Positions 1-14,554 of a DNA stretch of 64,000 bases are shown here, one piece after another. The DNA is from Octopus vulgaris (Eukaryota): the NCBI GenBank assembly GCA_951406725.2, contig OX597815.1, positions 71,238,001-71,302,000 of the forward strand, written 5' to 3'. The position numbers were made by a program, and so were the translations under genes. Position 1 is the first letter of the stretch. Every line of letters starts with the position of its first letter. The notes beneath the pieces are model-generated. The model saw only the letters and a list, made by a program, of their open reading frames with translations, was not told the DNA's origin and made no database searches.

Positions 1-947
1 GACTTGAAGATCCATAAGTTTTAAGAGTTTCATTAACTGTTTCGGCTGATTAATTCCCATTCAGTCATTTATTTTGTGATAACTTCCTTCCAGACGTTGT
101 CTGGTACGTGATAGTAATATTTCTGTTTAATTGCGCCCTTTTTGAGAGTGTGCCTCAGTGACATTTATTTTGGATTTCTTGTAACAACAAACATTTAACA
201 ATTTTTCAAACAGTTGATTTCAGAATGTTTTCATACGTTAAAAAATGTCTGACCAAGACACAATAATAATAATAATAATCGACGGTGGAGAGCGCACTGC
301 TGAGCCAATTTCAAGTGCAATGCAGCCATAACAAAGAATCATGACATCAAAGGCGGGTAAGCTGGAGCTGAATCGAACTTATCGCATCTAAGTAAAGAAA
401 TTTTCTTTAGTCGCTATGACAATGGCAATACCGTCAGCTATACAAGCAACAACAACAACAACAGCAGCAGCAACAACAACAATAAGAGCAACAACAACGT
501 GAACAACAAGAACGAAAACAAAGACAGCATCAAAAATGAAGTCATGAACTGCAGAATCAACTACAGCAGTAAAAACAGTAAAAACTGTATGTATAACAAC
601 AACAATAACATGAAAAACCATAATTCTATCTTTTATGAGAGCAGTTAACCGGTGGACCGTGCATTCGGCGCAAGATTTAAGGGCCTCCAGTATAAAAAGG
701 ATATTGTCAAACGAGAAGTTATATCTCTTAGTAAAGAAGCAAAAAAATTAACTTCGAAAGAAAAACATTGTCTATAAATGCATTTCTCGCAAAGGCATGA
801 AACTTAAATTTCCTACACATGCAGAAACTGAAAAAATGCCTGAAAGACATGTGGAACTCACTTCTACACATACATAAAGGGAAACAGTAGAGGACAATAA
901 CTGCTATATGCATCAGTGAACAAGGAGCTCGAAGAACGGCAACAATC

Positions 948-1093
948 AGGCGTGGTGGTGTGGTAGGACGCTTTCTTCCCAGCCACATGGTTCCAGTTCC
1001 CTCCCACTGCGTGGCACCTTGGGTAAGTGTCTTTTATTATAGCCTCGGGCCGACCAAAGCCCTGTGAGTGGATTTGGCAGAGAGAAGATCGCC

Positions 1094-1148
<55 letters not shown>

Positions 1149-1383
1149 TGTGTGTGTATATATATTTATGTATGATTGAATTTGTGTCTGTGTTTGTCCC
1201 ATACCATCGCTTCACAACCGATGTTCGAGTGTTTACGTCCCCGTAACTTAGTGGTTCAGCAAAAAAGGCCGATAGAATAAGAATAAGGCTTACAAAGAAT
1301 AAGCCCTTGGGGTCGATTTCTTCGACTAAAGGCTGTACTCCAGCGTGGCCGCAGTCAACTGACTGCAACAAGTAAAAGAATAA
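948..1383 (+). mobile_element. tRNA-derived SINE (family B here) with internal (TA)n tract
   Basis: A/B-box-like head GGCGTGGTGGTGTGGTAG...GGTTCCAGTTCC, body CACTGCGTGGCACCTTGGGTAAGTGTC, and tail GGCTGTACTCCAGCGTGGCCGCAGTC...GTAAAAGAATAA. Related pieces recur at ~19300-19980, 22930-23140, 24440-24655, 35950-36100, 39300-39480, 39800-39950, 44385-44545, 59575-59670 and 60420-60625. Confidence 0.8.
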
Positions 1384-2686
1384 CATGAACATCCCAGACC
1401 TTTATAATGATTCACCTTTATTGGGTACGTGTGTAACTCGATTCAAGTCAAGATGTGCCGGTTGATCGAGATCCGCCAAGAGTTTTAGCCACAGTAAAAG
1501 AGCATGGAGATATTGCAGAAGTGAAATCCATCCCATCCTCACCAACTCAACAGCACTGAGATTTTTATGGAATTCTGGATATGGTTGCCACCGAAAGCAT
1601 TTCTTCCCCGTACAGTTAGTGAAGACACTAAACAAATACACACCCACCTCTTTCCTCTGACTCAGGCCTCGTGAAATCAAAATTCCTGCCAGAAGATGAA
1701 GGCCTGATGAAATCACCTCAAAAGGCCTTTTTTGAGAGTATGAGGAAGAATCAAATGCAAGCAAATAAAGATCGCCTCAAATTGAAGGCGATGAGACACG
1801 ACAGAAAATTGAAAATCTGTTACAAAATCACGCACAAAGAGCATCAACATCATCGTCATAAAAAAAAAAAAAACTTTTACAAGCACATTCATAACCAAAA
1901 ATTAATTAAAAAAAAGCAAACACCCGAACAAAATGATCAACACTTATGTACATACAATCGGAGGCTAGAAACTGGGGCTGGCGAAGTTGTAGAAACTCTC
2001 CGACAACTACTTCTGACTCTTTCCGAAGATATAACAATGAGTCGAATTTTACTACAATACATGGCCTCCCAGTAGCAACCCACTCCAGCCTGGGATTGAG
2101 TACAGTCTCCAGCAGCTTCACGTAGCTGTCTGAAGTGAGGCTAAGACTTTGTTCTGCAATTTTGCAGTGAATTCCAACGTGTGGAATCAGTCAGAACACC
2201 AGCTGTGTGCCTTATTGCTGACCGCGACTTCGTAATGTCCGTCGCAGCTCATTTTCACATTTTACAGCCTTTACATTGTTGACAGAGCATTCAGTAGCAG
2301 TCATGATGTCGGAATTTTGATATCCGGAGCGAATCATCATAATACAAGTAATTCTTTTTTTATTATTCGGATGACTTTAAGGCTTCGAGGTTGACAAAAT
2401 GAATGTCAGTTGAGCACTGGGTCCAATGTAATCGACTTACCCCTCTGCCGAAATTGCTGGCATTGTACCAAAATTTGAAAACAATATTCAAACAGCTTCC
2501 TATCTTCCAATTCAACTAACTTTTTCTCAATTACAACTTTAATCTTTATGGCCTCCTACGCCGTTGACTGTTCACCTATACATCAAGCTGTTCCAGAAAA
2601 AAAGAAACAAAATCGTCAAATTCAGTCCGAACCACCGCTGTATACTACATACACTTCTTTCCTTTGGTTTACGTTGTATACCGTTG

Positions 2687-3566
2687 TATTGGGTTGAAGA
2701 ATAATTCATAGGCGTTCTTTTTTTTTAATTTTAAAATGCACGCAGAAATAAAACTCATTGGCAAAATGTTTTGTTCTTTGGAAGAGATCTTTTTGCTCTG
2801 CAAGATAGTGTGTTATAATGTTTCAATTTTATTGATTTATGTGTTTTTTCAGATCATTAAAATGGAATGTCAAATGGACAAAACTGAGTATTTCCGATAC
2901 CATTAGCTATTTGCATTTGATCGAAGTGTTAAGGCCGCTGAAGTTGCTCGTGAGATTTGTGTTCCTTATGGAGGAGCAATCCCTCAAAGTACTAGCTGCC
3001 ATTGGTTTTCACGTGTCAAAAACGGGAATTTTGACCTCAACGACGGAATACACACCGGTCGACCAACTGAGTTCGCTAAAAGCGATTGAATCAGCTTCCT
3101 CGCCAAAATTCATGTCAAACGACCAGAGAATTGGCAGAGCAGATGGACTATAAAAAAAAAACTGTGGTGAGCCACTTTCATTCAATGTTCATCGAACTCA
3201 GTTGGTCAACCGGTGTGTGATCCGTCCTTGAAATCAAAGTTCCCATTTTTGAAACGCGAAAACCAGCGGCGGGCGGTACTTTGAACCATTGTTCCTTCTC
3301 CATACACCACACAAATCTTACGAGCAGCTTCAGCGGGCTTAACATCTCGATTAAATAAAAAAAGCAAATGGTGTCGAAAATGCTCAGTTTTGTTCACTTG
3401 ACACTCCATTTTAATGATCTGAAAATACACAAAAAAAATCAATAAAATTTTAAAAATCAAAACGCGCTATCTTGTAGAAATAACAAACATTTTGCCAATG
3501 CGTTTTTATTCTGCGTACATTTTTAAATTTGAAAAAAACGCCCATGAATTATTCCTCAACCCAATA
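2687..3566. mobile_element. Mariner-derived palindromic element made of two inverted 5' halves
   Basis: TA|TTGGGTTGA(A/G)GAATAATTCAT TIR at both ends (TA at 2687-2688 and 3565-3566). The minus arm encodes MECQVNKTEHFRHHLLFLFNRDVKPAEAARKICVVYGEG...RRWFSRFKNGNFDFKD, a mariner transposase N-terminal HTH. The plus arm encodes a frameshifted homologue. Confidence 0.88.
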
Positions 3567-3680
3567 CTTTCTAATATTTTGTAATATCATTCGATTCAAC
3601 GTAAATCTCCACACTTTATAACTGTCTTTGTATTGTCCCCCTCATCCGTCACCCTGGTGGCAAATATTATTATTATTATT

Positions 3681-4111
3681 CAGTAGTTTTATTTTTATAG
3701 CGTGCTTTCACTTCACTACCGAGCACAGCTCTGTGTGTCTTGGGTATGTGCTGTGATTTGTTGTGATGCTCTGATGGTTATTGTATGGAAAGTGTTCTGC
3801 GTAGGATGTGTGCAGTGCCTAGTAGTGCAATTTTCTGTATGTTATATGTGTTTGTAAGTCCTGGTGTTTTTGTTATGTATTTGTCTGAATATTTTTTTAT
3901 CATGCCTAATGCACCTACTATGATTGGAATTGTTTCTGTTTTCAGGTTCCACATTCTAGTTACCTCTATTTCCAGGTCTTTGTATTTTGAGAGTTTCTCC
4001 ATTTCTTTTAGAGACACGTTGTCATCTGCCGGTATTGATACATCAATTAGAAAGCATTTTTTTCTTCATGATCTCTGACAACTATATCTGGTCTGTTGGC
4101 CTTAATTTCTC

Positions 4112-4112
<1 letters not shown>
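3681..4112 (-). mobile_element. R4/Dong-like non-LTR retrotransposon, 3' fragment (RLE endonuclease end and 3' UTR)
   Basis: Translation KANRPDIVVRD...EKLSKYKDLEIEVTRMW...IPIIVGALG...IQKIALLGTAHILR is typical of restriction-like endonuclease LINEs. Flanked by (TTA)n on both sides and highly similar to 54225-54655. Confidence 0.88.
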
Positions 4113-4196
<84 letters not shown>

Positions 4197-4209
4197 CATC
4201 ATTATTATT

Positions 4210-4554
4210 TGCTTTCGCTGCACTACCGAGCGCATTTCTCTGTGCCTTAGGTATGTGCTCTGGTTTGTGATGCTCTTATTTTTACTGTATTAAAAGCGTT
4301 TTACATAGTGTGTGGGTGGTGCCCAGTAGTGCTATTTTCTGTATGTTATATATACTTGTTAGTCCTGGTGTTTTTGTTATGTATTTGTCTGAATATTTTT
4401 TATCATGCCTAATGCACCTACTATTATAGGAATTGTTTCTGTTTTTAGATTCCACATTCTGGTTACCTCTATTTCCAGGTCTTTGTATTTTGAAAATTTT
4501 TCCATTTCTTTTAGAGACACGTTGTCATCTGCCGGTATTGATACATCAATTAGA

Positions 4555-4557
<3 letters not shown>
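4210..4557 (-). mobile_element. Second R4/Dong-like 3' fragment
   Basis: Diverged repeat of the 3705-4055 sequence (TAGAGACACGTTGTCATCTGCCGGTATTGATACATCAATTAGAAAG), flanked by (TTA)n on both sides. Confidence 0.85.
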
Positions 4558-5526
<969 letters not shown>

Positions 5527-6046
5527 TCGTTGTCGCATTGTGTTTCCAGAATCTACTTACTCTTTATCTATCTTAACATTTAAATATAATAATGGCTACA
5601 TTTACGTTACTATGATCTGCTCTTTCCAAACTTCACCTGCAACAAATATATTTGCAGGAAATTTGATACGATCTGGCAGAAATAATGGTCTTTCCACAAT
5701 ATCCTCTTGAGTGTCAAATCATATATAGTAATTGTAAATGGAGCTATTGCATGGGGCTAGATTACGCAATACTATATTACGTTACTGTAATCAGGATTAT
5801 AGACCTCAACATTTGACGGACAGTGAAAATATCCTGTAAACAAGTACTTATCGGTTCATCATAATGTTCGATAGTGGAACGAGCGAAAGGATGCTTCGTA
5901 GCATTGAATCGAATATCTTTGAGTTACATGTTTTACTTGATCATAAGTAAATGGAGCTGATCAGCCAAAAAACGAAAGAAAGAAAGAAAGAAAGAAAAAC
6001 CCTGTAATATTGTAAATGTTTATTGTATTTACATTGTTTTTATCAG

Positions 6047-6517
6047 CTTGTTCGTAGTTCTGGACGTGTAATTTCTCGGTGTGGAGAATTAGCGGCTTGT
6101 CGAGTAATGTTACTCCAGTAATCCTTCGAATGAACCCCATTTTGGCTGCTTGTATTTGCAATCGTACTTTCGGTCATTACCCAACATTCATGACCATAGG
6201 TGAGCATAGGCACAAACACTGAATTGAATATAGCGAGTTTTGTTTGTTTGTTTGTTTGTTTTACCAATCTTTCCTCAAGAAAGAATCGCAAGAGAAATTC
6301 TTCGAGCTGATTCTATCGGCAAGAGATTCAGGAGTAGCAAGAAACGAGATGATTGGATAGTATCCCTGATTTCAGTTGGTCACGCGTGGGAATCCATCAG
6401 GAAAATGCAGTGGCGGTTGCTTCTGATAGGACCCTATGAAAGAGATGCCTGAGGATTCTATCCTCACAACCCTCCCAGGAATAGCAGGCGGAGAAGATGA
6501 TAGATGGATGGATGGAT
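6047..6517. mobile_element. RTE-clade LINE 3' end with inverted 5' segment
   Basis: Minus strand 6240->6047 encodes KLAIFNSVFVPMLTYGHECWVMT...IQAAKMGFIRRITGVTLLDK. Plus strand 6263-6490 encodes PQERIAREILRA...W, followed by a (GATG)n tail. Both match RTE ORF C-terminal motifs. Confidence 0.75.
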
Positions 6518-6549
6518 AAATTTATTTGGTTTATATGTTGTGTGTAAAA

Positions 6550-6980
6550 CAGCAAGCTAGCAGAATCGTTAGCACGTCGGACAAACTGCTTAGCGGCATT
6601 TCTGTTTGCTCTTTACCTTCTGAGTTCGAATCCCGCTGAGGTCAGCTTTACCTTTACGCTCCTTCAGATCGATAAAATAAAGTACCAGTCGAGGACTGGG
6701 GTCCATGTAGTCGACTAGACCCCTCCCCTCAAAACTGCTGACCTTGTGTCAAAATTAGATTTAAATTGTACAGCCCAAGATGGTGAGCTAGCAGAATCCT
6801 TAGCACATCGGGCAAAGTGTTTAGCAGTATTTCTTCCTGCTCTTTAGGTTCTGGGTTCAAAACCTGCCGAGTTCGATTTTGCCTCCTACCTTTTCGAGGT
6901 TGATAAAAGAAAGTACCAGTCAAGTACTAGGGTTGATGTAATCGACTGGTCCCCTTCCTTCAAAACTGTTTGCCTTGAAC
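6550..6980 (+). mobile_element. Two tandem tRNA-derived SINEs (family A here)
   Basis: Each copy reads (A/G)AGCTAGCAGAATC.TTAGCAC...G(A/G)GTTC.AA (A/B boxes)...GATAAAA.AAAGTACCAGTC...CCCT.CC.TCAAAACTG. Confidence 0.82.
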
Positions 6981-8489
6981 CCTGGAATGGACCAGGTTTC
7001 AAGGGAGAGTTGTAATCTCGGTCAATTATACTCCATGGTAACCGACGTAATGAGTCATATAGTTCAATAAAAATAAATATTGTGTATAGCTGGTGTAGTG
7101 CTTATATATGAATTGTACATTTTTAATACAACATTTGATTTAATGGAAGAATCTTGTCAGCTATGATCACAACTAAGTGAAGTGAAAGACCAAGGCGCCA
7201 GTGGCGGTGGGAGTGGGGGATCAATTTGGAGAAATCAATTTTTTCAAGCTTCGATTTTAAATATTAGAGTATCGAATCGAATATTTGGCTTTGTGAGAAA
7301 AATCTGAAGTAAAAAAAAAAGAGTGGGGGAAGTTTTATCAAACCGATGTTTTCCTGGAATGCTTAAAGGGAAATTTACTTGAATCAAAGATTCTTGGGTG
7401 TGAACTTCAGATCTTTTAACAAAAACGAAACAAAAATTAGAACAAGTGAGGAATAAATTGAAAATAGTAAATTCCTTGAAAATTCCTCATGAAAAAAAAA
7501 ATAATTAAAAAAAAAATTAAAACAAATAACGAAAGAACAATAAAAAGAAAATGGGAAACGAAAGAGATATGAAAAAGAAACAAATATGAAAATAACGAAG
7601 GTATAATAACAGAGAAAAAGAATAGGTTAAGAAATTAGAAAACGGAATGAATGGGAGAAGTAAGAATAAATAAATGAATGAATGAATGAATAACACACGG
7701 CCTTTTGTTGAAATAGTTAAAATGGCGATCATTTTCTTAAATATATTTCCGACATTGGCCTATTACAAAAGTAGCCTTTTTTATGACAACAATGAATTAT
7801 CAAAAACTATTCTGTAGACAATGATTTCAAAAATGAATCTCAGTATTTTTGAAGGGAAGTCATTTACTCAATTGAACCAGAAAGAAAAGAATTGATTTAA
7901 ATAACTCCAACAGCATTGTTCGAAGTTACAACACATTTTATACCCATCACAACTTTCTCAATGTGACTATTTTCTTTCTGTTTATTTTTATACCTCCGCT
8001 TCATTTTATTCAATTTATTTAGTCATATTGCTTGTTTTGCTTTCCTCCTTTTCTGTTTCATAATTTTAGTATTCATCAATCATGTTATGCTTTTCTTTGT
8101 TTTGATTATTTCCTTATTAAATTGTACTTAATTCTGACGACCTCTTAGTAAGGCTCACTAAAGACACCATTCATTTGATTTTTATATGGAAACATAAGGA
8201 ATATCCACTGTAGACAAATGACAGGAAGTATTGCATTTTAGACTATAGAAGAAAATATGAATTCAGCCTAATTTTCGATTGTTTTAGCCTTTGTTTTAGC
8301 TGTTGGAATATAATATTTATCAGCCACTAGAGAAAGCAGGTGTATTTTTACTTTCTCGAGCCCTAGGGTTCGTAAGACAAACTACCCGATTTCCATGGCG
8401 TATACAAGTGACCGAAATCACAACATTTTCCCTGAACAGTACGTCGGTCTTTTGCAGGTTCAAGACTAGCAATTCTTGAAGGGTGGTCA

Positions 8490-8662
8490 CTAGTGAATTA
8501 CATCGATCCTCGTACTTGAATGATATTCAATTTTATCGAACCCGAAAAGATAAAAGGCAAAGCTGACCTCGACAGGGTTTGAGGTCAGAACATAAAGATC
8601 CGGTAGAAATGCCGCTGAGCATTTTGTCGGACGTGCTAACGATCCTCCCAGCTTGCCGTCTT
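8490..8662 (-). mobile_element. SINE family A copy
   Basis: Reverse complement of the family A head and body (GCATTTTGTCGGACGTGCTAACGATCCTCCCAGCTTGCCG). Confidence 0.75.
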
Positions 8663-8691
8663 AGGCAGATGTTAGATATGATATTTTAAAA

Positions 8692-8963
8692 CAGTGTTTC
8701 TCAACCATTTTTGGGCCCCTTTTATTCCTATTTTACTCGGCTGGACCCCCATAGCCATTCAATGTTTAAAAAATCATATTATATTTCTATAATCAAATAT
8801 TATTAGGAATTGTTATTCTACACCTGTATTTAAAAAATCGTTATTTGTCTATTGGAGAAGTATAAACAATATTGTGGATAAATTTTAAGAACAAAATCTT
8901 ATATGGACTCCCAAGGGCCATATGGATCCCAAGGACCATATGGATCCCGGTTGAGAACCACTG
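8692..8963. mobile_element. hAT (Charlie-type) MITE
   Basis: TIRs CAGTGTTTCTCAACC / GGTTGAGAACCACTG. The 8-bp flanks TTTTAAAA and TTTTAAAT match at 7/8, consistent with a hAT TSD. Confidence 0.8.
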
Positions 8964-9463
8964 TTTTAAATGGATCCTGTTAACTAAAGAAAGTTGTGAT
9001 AACTGGAATAAGACGAAATCGTCCACAACAGTATTTAAATAAAATTATTTATTGACCGTGACTGGATAAGTAAGTATCGAGTTTTAAAGCGATGAAGTTA
9101 AGTACCAATCAGGTGGTAAAGTAGTAGAATGTTCTGGCGTGGCTACCCCAGTTAAAGTCAACATAAAATATGCTTTCAGACCTCTTGACCACATATCGCT
9201 TCTCGTTTTCTTCTCGCTTATCTCGCACTTACACTGCCACACAAAAGTGGCGACCAGCCACGGATCTACATCGTTTCCAGTGTCCCTAATCATCATCTGT
9301 GTTTTAGCTGAGTTTTCAATTCTGAACGTACAGCAAGTAGTACCGTAAAAGATATATTCATTTCAAACACGAGAATTTTTACTGATATTTCTGTTAGTTT
9401 TAACTGCTTTTTCAACGCTAATTAGAAACTACCGCTATCCTCTTTAAGTCATCAATCTGTCAT

Positions 9464-9502
<39 letters not shown>

Positions 9503-9559
9503 CCGGTCATTTCGCTTTCCTAGAGGCCTCCTGACAAAGTCTCGCTTATTAGAAAGCGA

Positions 9560-10166
9560 AATGACACACGTTACATGACGAAAACCGCGAAGTTTGAGGG
9601 TAAGAGTTTGATGCTTTCAGGATACATTAAAAATGCTTCAAGAAAGTTGGTTAAAATTGGCGGTAACGGGAATAGTGCCAAATACATCCAGTTGCTGAAG
9701 GACAATTTAATACCAGACATGAATGAAGGTGAGATTTTTCAGCATGAGGGACCTCCATGCCACACATCGCGTGCAACACAACAGAGTCTGGCTGATGAAG
9801 GTGTAATTGTATTGAAAGATTGGCCAGCTCAGAGCTCTAGTAAATTTACAGCTCATCGAGTAAATGTGGACGGAACTGAAGAGAAGAGTTCGTCAGAAGA
9901 ATCCACGCAATCTTGAAGAGTTGTGGGAGCTCAGCCACAGAGAATGGCATCTCATATCTGTGAAGATGGCGAAGGATTTGTATGCGTCACTTCCAAAGTG
10001 CATTGAAGCAATTATTCACAATAAGCCACATGAAATATTAACAATGTACCGTAACTTCTTGAAATGAACATTATATAATAAATTTTCATTATAAACATTT
10101 TCCTGTTTTAAAACACTGTATCTTTATTAGTTTATGTGAGGTGGCTGAAAACTTTTGCACGGCCGT
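9560..10166 (+). mobile_element. Tc1-like transposon, degenerate 3' half (DDE domain)
   Basis: Translation IFQHEGPPCHTS...KDWPAQS (degenerate FQQDNAPCH and WP.QSPDLNPIE motifs), then WTELKRRV...NLEELW...LYASLPKCIEAII. TIR-like end GTGGCTGAAAACTTTTGCACGGCCGT. Confidence 0.85.
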
Positions 10167-10564
10167 TTTGGTGGTCGTCTCGCATCATCCTCTCTAGTTC
10201 AGAACCCTTTCTACAAAATATAATGATTATGTCTGAAAATTACTTCAACAGGGCCAGTCTTTTATCTGTAAAAAACGCAATGCAAAACATCCACTTATAA
10301 GTTGGCAATTAGTAGAAATTTACAATAGCTTAAAGTGGCCGAAGACTTTTGTACTATATTGTATATATATATGTTGTTCAATACTCGAAATGGTGGTGGT
10401 GGCGGGGTTAGATAGCCGACGACTGACGAGGGGTCGTTTTTTATGTTACTTGTCCTGTTTTCCATTTGTTTCCCTCGTTGTTAGCGTATTGAACTCATTT
10501 GCTTTCGTATTGCATGTTTTTTACTGTTAGTGACGTCCTGTACCCATATATGTATGTATCTGTA

Positions 10565-10692
<128 letters not shown>

Positions 10693-11039
10693 ATCTACGA
10701 AAAAACAATACAGGCTTAGGCAGTAGATCCAAAAGTGCCGCTCCATAAAAGCGCAGCTCGAATAGCATCGATCACCATTCTCTTACTATGTGCTGCCATT
10801 GTAGGAGGAGGGGACCCTATTGTAATATTATGATTTTTTTCTATAGGGTTTACAATAGTAAGAGGAATGACTCGTAATACCTTATCAGACATTGTCCGGA
10901 AACACTTTGAACTCGCATGTGCTAAAAGTTAAAAAATTTATTAACTATATACAGGACTAATATATCGATCTTGCAACACTATTAACCAGTCATTGTCTAA
11001 CAGCTTTTTCTGGTGAACTTAGTATAGTCAAAAATTGAA

Positions 11040-11470
11040 TATTAAAATCGGTTTCAAATTTTTGGCGCAAGGCAAGCAAGTTTGGGAAATGATGGGATGA
11101 GTCGATTACATCAATTCCAGTCCTCAGCTAGTACTTATGTTATCGACCCCAAAAAGATGAAAGGCAAAGTCGACCTCGGCGGAATTAGAATTCAGAAATT
11201 AAAGACGGACGAAATGCCACGATGCATTTTGTTCGGTGCGGTAACGATTCTGCCAGTTCACCGCTTAATTCAATATTTAATATCAATATTATAGATATCT
11301 GCGGTATTGCGTCCGTCTTTACATTCTTAGTTCAAATTCTGTCGAGGTCGACTTTTCCTTTCATCCTTTCGAGGTCGATAAAACAAGTACCAGTTGAGGA
11401 ATAGCGGTTGGTGTAAACGACCTATCCCCTACCTCAAAATTGCTGGCCTTGTGCTAAAAATTAAAATCAG
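11040..11470. mobile_element. Divergently oriented pair of family A SINEs
   Basis: Minus copy ~11040-11266 and 5'-truncated plus copy ~11298-11470, separated by ~30 bp of AT-rich spacer. Confidence 0.75.
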
Positions 11471-14400
11471 TATTATAGATGTCTGCAATGTATATCTTTA
11501 CTGACTGCTTATCTTTCAATGACAGTAATTTAACATTACTTCCTAATAGAAAAGGAGAGATATAATAAATGAAAAATAACGGGAGGAAGATACGTGTGAA
11601 AATAACAAATTGAAGGCTAACTTCGATGATAACAATATTTTGAAGTGCCTACAGTGATCAACGAGAGTTCAATCGTATAAATTACTTTAGATTTGATAGA
11701 GCAAGTTAAGAATACAGCAAAGCTTCACGAAAACGATTCGTGTAAAATTAAAATCGATTAAAGTGGAAGGTTGCCAAAGCGAAAACAAGCATTTCATGAT
11801 CGATATTAAGAGAATTTCGAACTTGAAGCAGTCTTCTAATATGCAGCAATCGTCATTCGTTGCGAACAAAATGGCGTTTATAGGCTTTGCCAGTCAGCTT
11901 TCACTGATCAAAGAATAATATGTGTGACAGACCATTGTGATCATTGCATAATATTTTATTGAGCAACGTAGAAGTATGGCTTGGTCCAGCCATTATATAT
12001 TGTAGCGGACTGAACTTCTGTATGTCATCTTTTCGAAATAGTTCAATGCATATCTTCAATTGATCACAGTATGGTTGTATACTTTAATAACCGATGTATA
12101 GCTTCACCTTAATTCCATTTATCAGTATATTACTCTTGAATAAAAAAAAATACATAGCCGGCAAGCGCAAGCGAGTAGCTGATACCACACTTTCGCTAAT
12201 CATTTCAGGAGTCTATGTTGTCGCGATCGGATATAGACAAATACTGGGGTCTCCCAACCATGACCACACTGGAATATCGAGGAGAACTGCACGAGCAATC
12301 GGCTACTACGCTTTTTCAGCTGAATAGATTATTAGAGCAATATGAAATTATGTGCTTTGCTCATAGGTACAGCGCGTTACCTGGACCAGGAATCGAAACC
12401 ATCCCACGACACTTCGACCTTAAACCGAATACCTTAATCGGTAAGCCCACAGTAAAACACTACAAACTGAACAACATATCCCCATTGACTCGGCACTGTA
12501 TGCTGTTTCCGACTGACTAATAAATAGCATCGCTCGCTAACCATATCACAACAGTACTGACTGCCAATACGTTTACACAACTAATTACACAATATATATA
12601 TCATTACTTATTGATCATTAGAGAGAAACTATAGACTTAGCTCTGTCACAAGCACAGCGGCTCATAAGGCTGCAGCTCAAGACAGTTCCCGTGGCGTATA
12701 GTGACTGAAATCACAACACTTTCTCGAACGGGATTCCGGTCTGTCGCAGGATTATCTCAGCTATTGCTGGAAATCGTTTTCATTTTACGATCGTGAGCGT
12801 AACACCCTAACGCGCCTTCACAGACAAACTATTACGTCGTTGAAATAATGTCACTGATAGGTATCTTTATAACATATCTTCCTTAAAGATGAACATCAAC
12901 GGCATCAAACTTACTGATGTAGGAAGCCCTACAAAGACCACGGGTATTTCTCAGACTTATTAAAACTGACTAACAGCTGTATAGTTTCAGAATGATCTCT
13001 GTGTATACAGTATTACATAGAGGTCAGATACTGAATAACCTCTGTGTAATGCTACTGATTCTATATTATACACCAACTATAGACAATATATTGACAGAAA
13101 CCTTTGAGCGTCAGCAAAAATGCTTTAGTTCCGACCCTTTACATTCTGAGTTCAAATATCACTGAGCTCAAGGTTGTCTTTCCTCTTTCAGAAATCAATA
13201 AAATTAAATACCAGTCATATTCTGAGGACTAATCTTCTAAAATTTGTGATATTTTCTAATGTTAGAAATAACTATTCCGTACTGACTGAACATTGTATAA
13301 AACCAGCGCGCGTAGAAAAAAATACATGATGGTCATGGCTGGACCACTTTTGATCATAAGTCTATTCGATCCAAGTTAACATGGTGTTAAATGACAACAA
13401 CAACACTAACAACAGTTATTAATTATATTAATCAGAGCATAACATCGCTGAGAGGCAGCACTAAAGTAGTACCAACTGACCATAGTAATGGCATTTTCTT
13501 TGGTTGAATATTGTTTAAAAGTAAAGTCGGACACTATTTTCGTCTATAAAATGGAACCGGAAGTATCTCGAACGATATCCCGTTTTAATATAGTTTTGAC
13601 ATAACCAGGATGTTTACTTTACATATCCGGTACATACTCAAGCATATTAAGGTTGTAATGTTTTTTGTTTTGCTTTATTTTTTATTTTTTATTGTTTTAT
13701 TTCGTTTTTTTTTCTTTAATTTCATCAGATGCGCCAAAAATGATAAATGTACATCAAGAATAATCTACTTTTCAAACACCGGAAGTACTCACTTTTCCAT
13801 CAAAGTGATTCTATGTTTGTTTTATAGATAGCTTTTCTTCTTGCAATGAGTCGTCATTTGCCAAATTTTCATGTTACAAGCGGGTGGTTTGGAGTTTTAA
13901 TTCTTGTCACTGGCCTCTTAAAGAGACTTGAGTTTAAATAATGGTCGCATCTGCCTAACCATATAATTGACAACTTTTATCTTTGGATTCACGGTCATAA
14001 GGCTATGGGTTCGATTCGTGGACCAGGTAACGCGTGACGCCCCCGCCCCGCCTTGAGTCACATCTTCCATTTATTTCACGTTGTTCCAATCAATTCATCT
14101 CCAAATAAATACGATGTACATGTACAATCCTGCGATGTACATGTTTCTATTGGTAAAGTGACAGAGACAGAGACAGAGACAGAGACAGAGAAAGAGAAAG
14201 AGTATTAAAGAAGTAAATATACACTATTTATGATGGTGTTGAAGTTGTTCTTGTTTAATCACTGATAAACCTTGATGGATGAGATCTCAGATCAAAGATA
14301 TTCCAACTACGTAAAACCCTCATGTTTTGAAATTATGCTGGCATTGCATTAACTAATCTGTCCTGCCATGTCCCTATATAAAATAGTAGGGTGTGAGATT

Positions 14401-14554
14401 TGGAAGCTTTTTCTAGCAGATCAAAGGATTGCATAACGGGTCTCTCGTTGGCCCATAGATTCACAAAGCGTTTATCAGAAGATTATCATACCTAATGCAA
14501 ATAAATCGCCATGGCGCAAATTAACTGGCGTATTCGTTCCTCTTCGACATGTAT

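Noticed and set aside
1-240. Possible LINE endonuclease remnant or hammerhead-like motif on the minus strand
   Set aside because: Too degenerate and truncated by the window edge to assign.
1402-2121. ORFs of 120-134 aa as host exons
   Set aside because: No recognisable domain or splice context. Possibly a decayed LINE ORF1, but not supportable.
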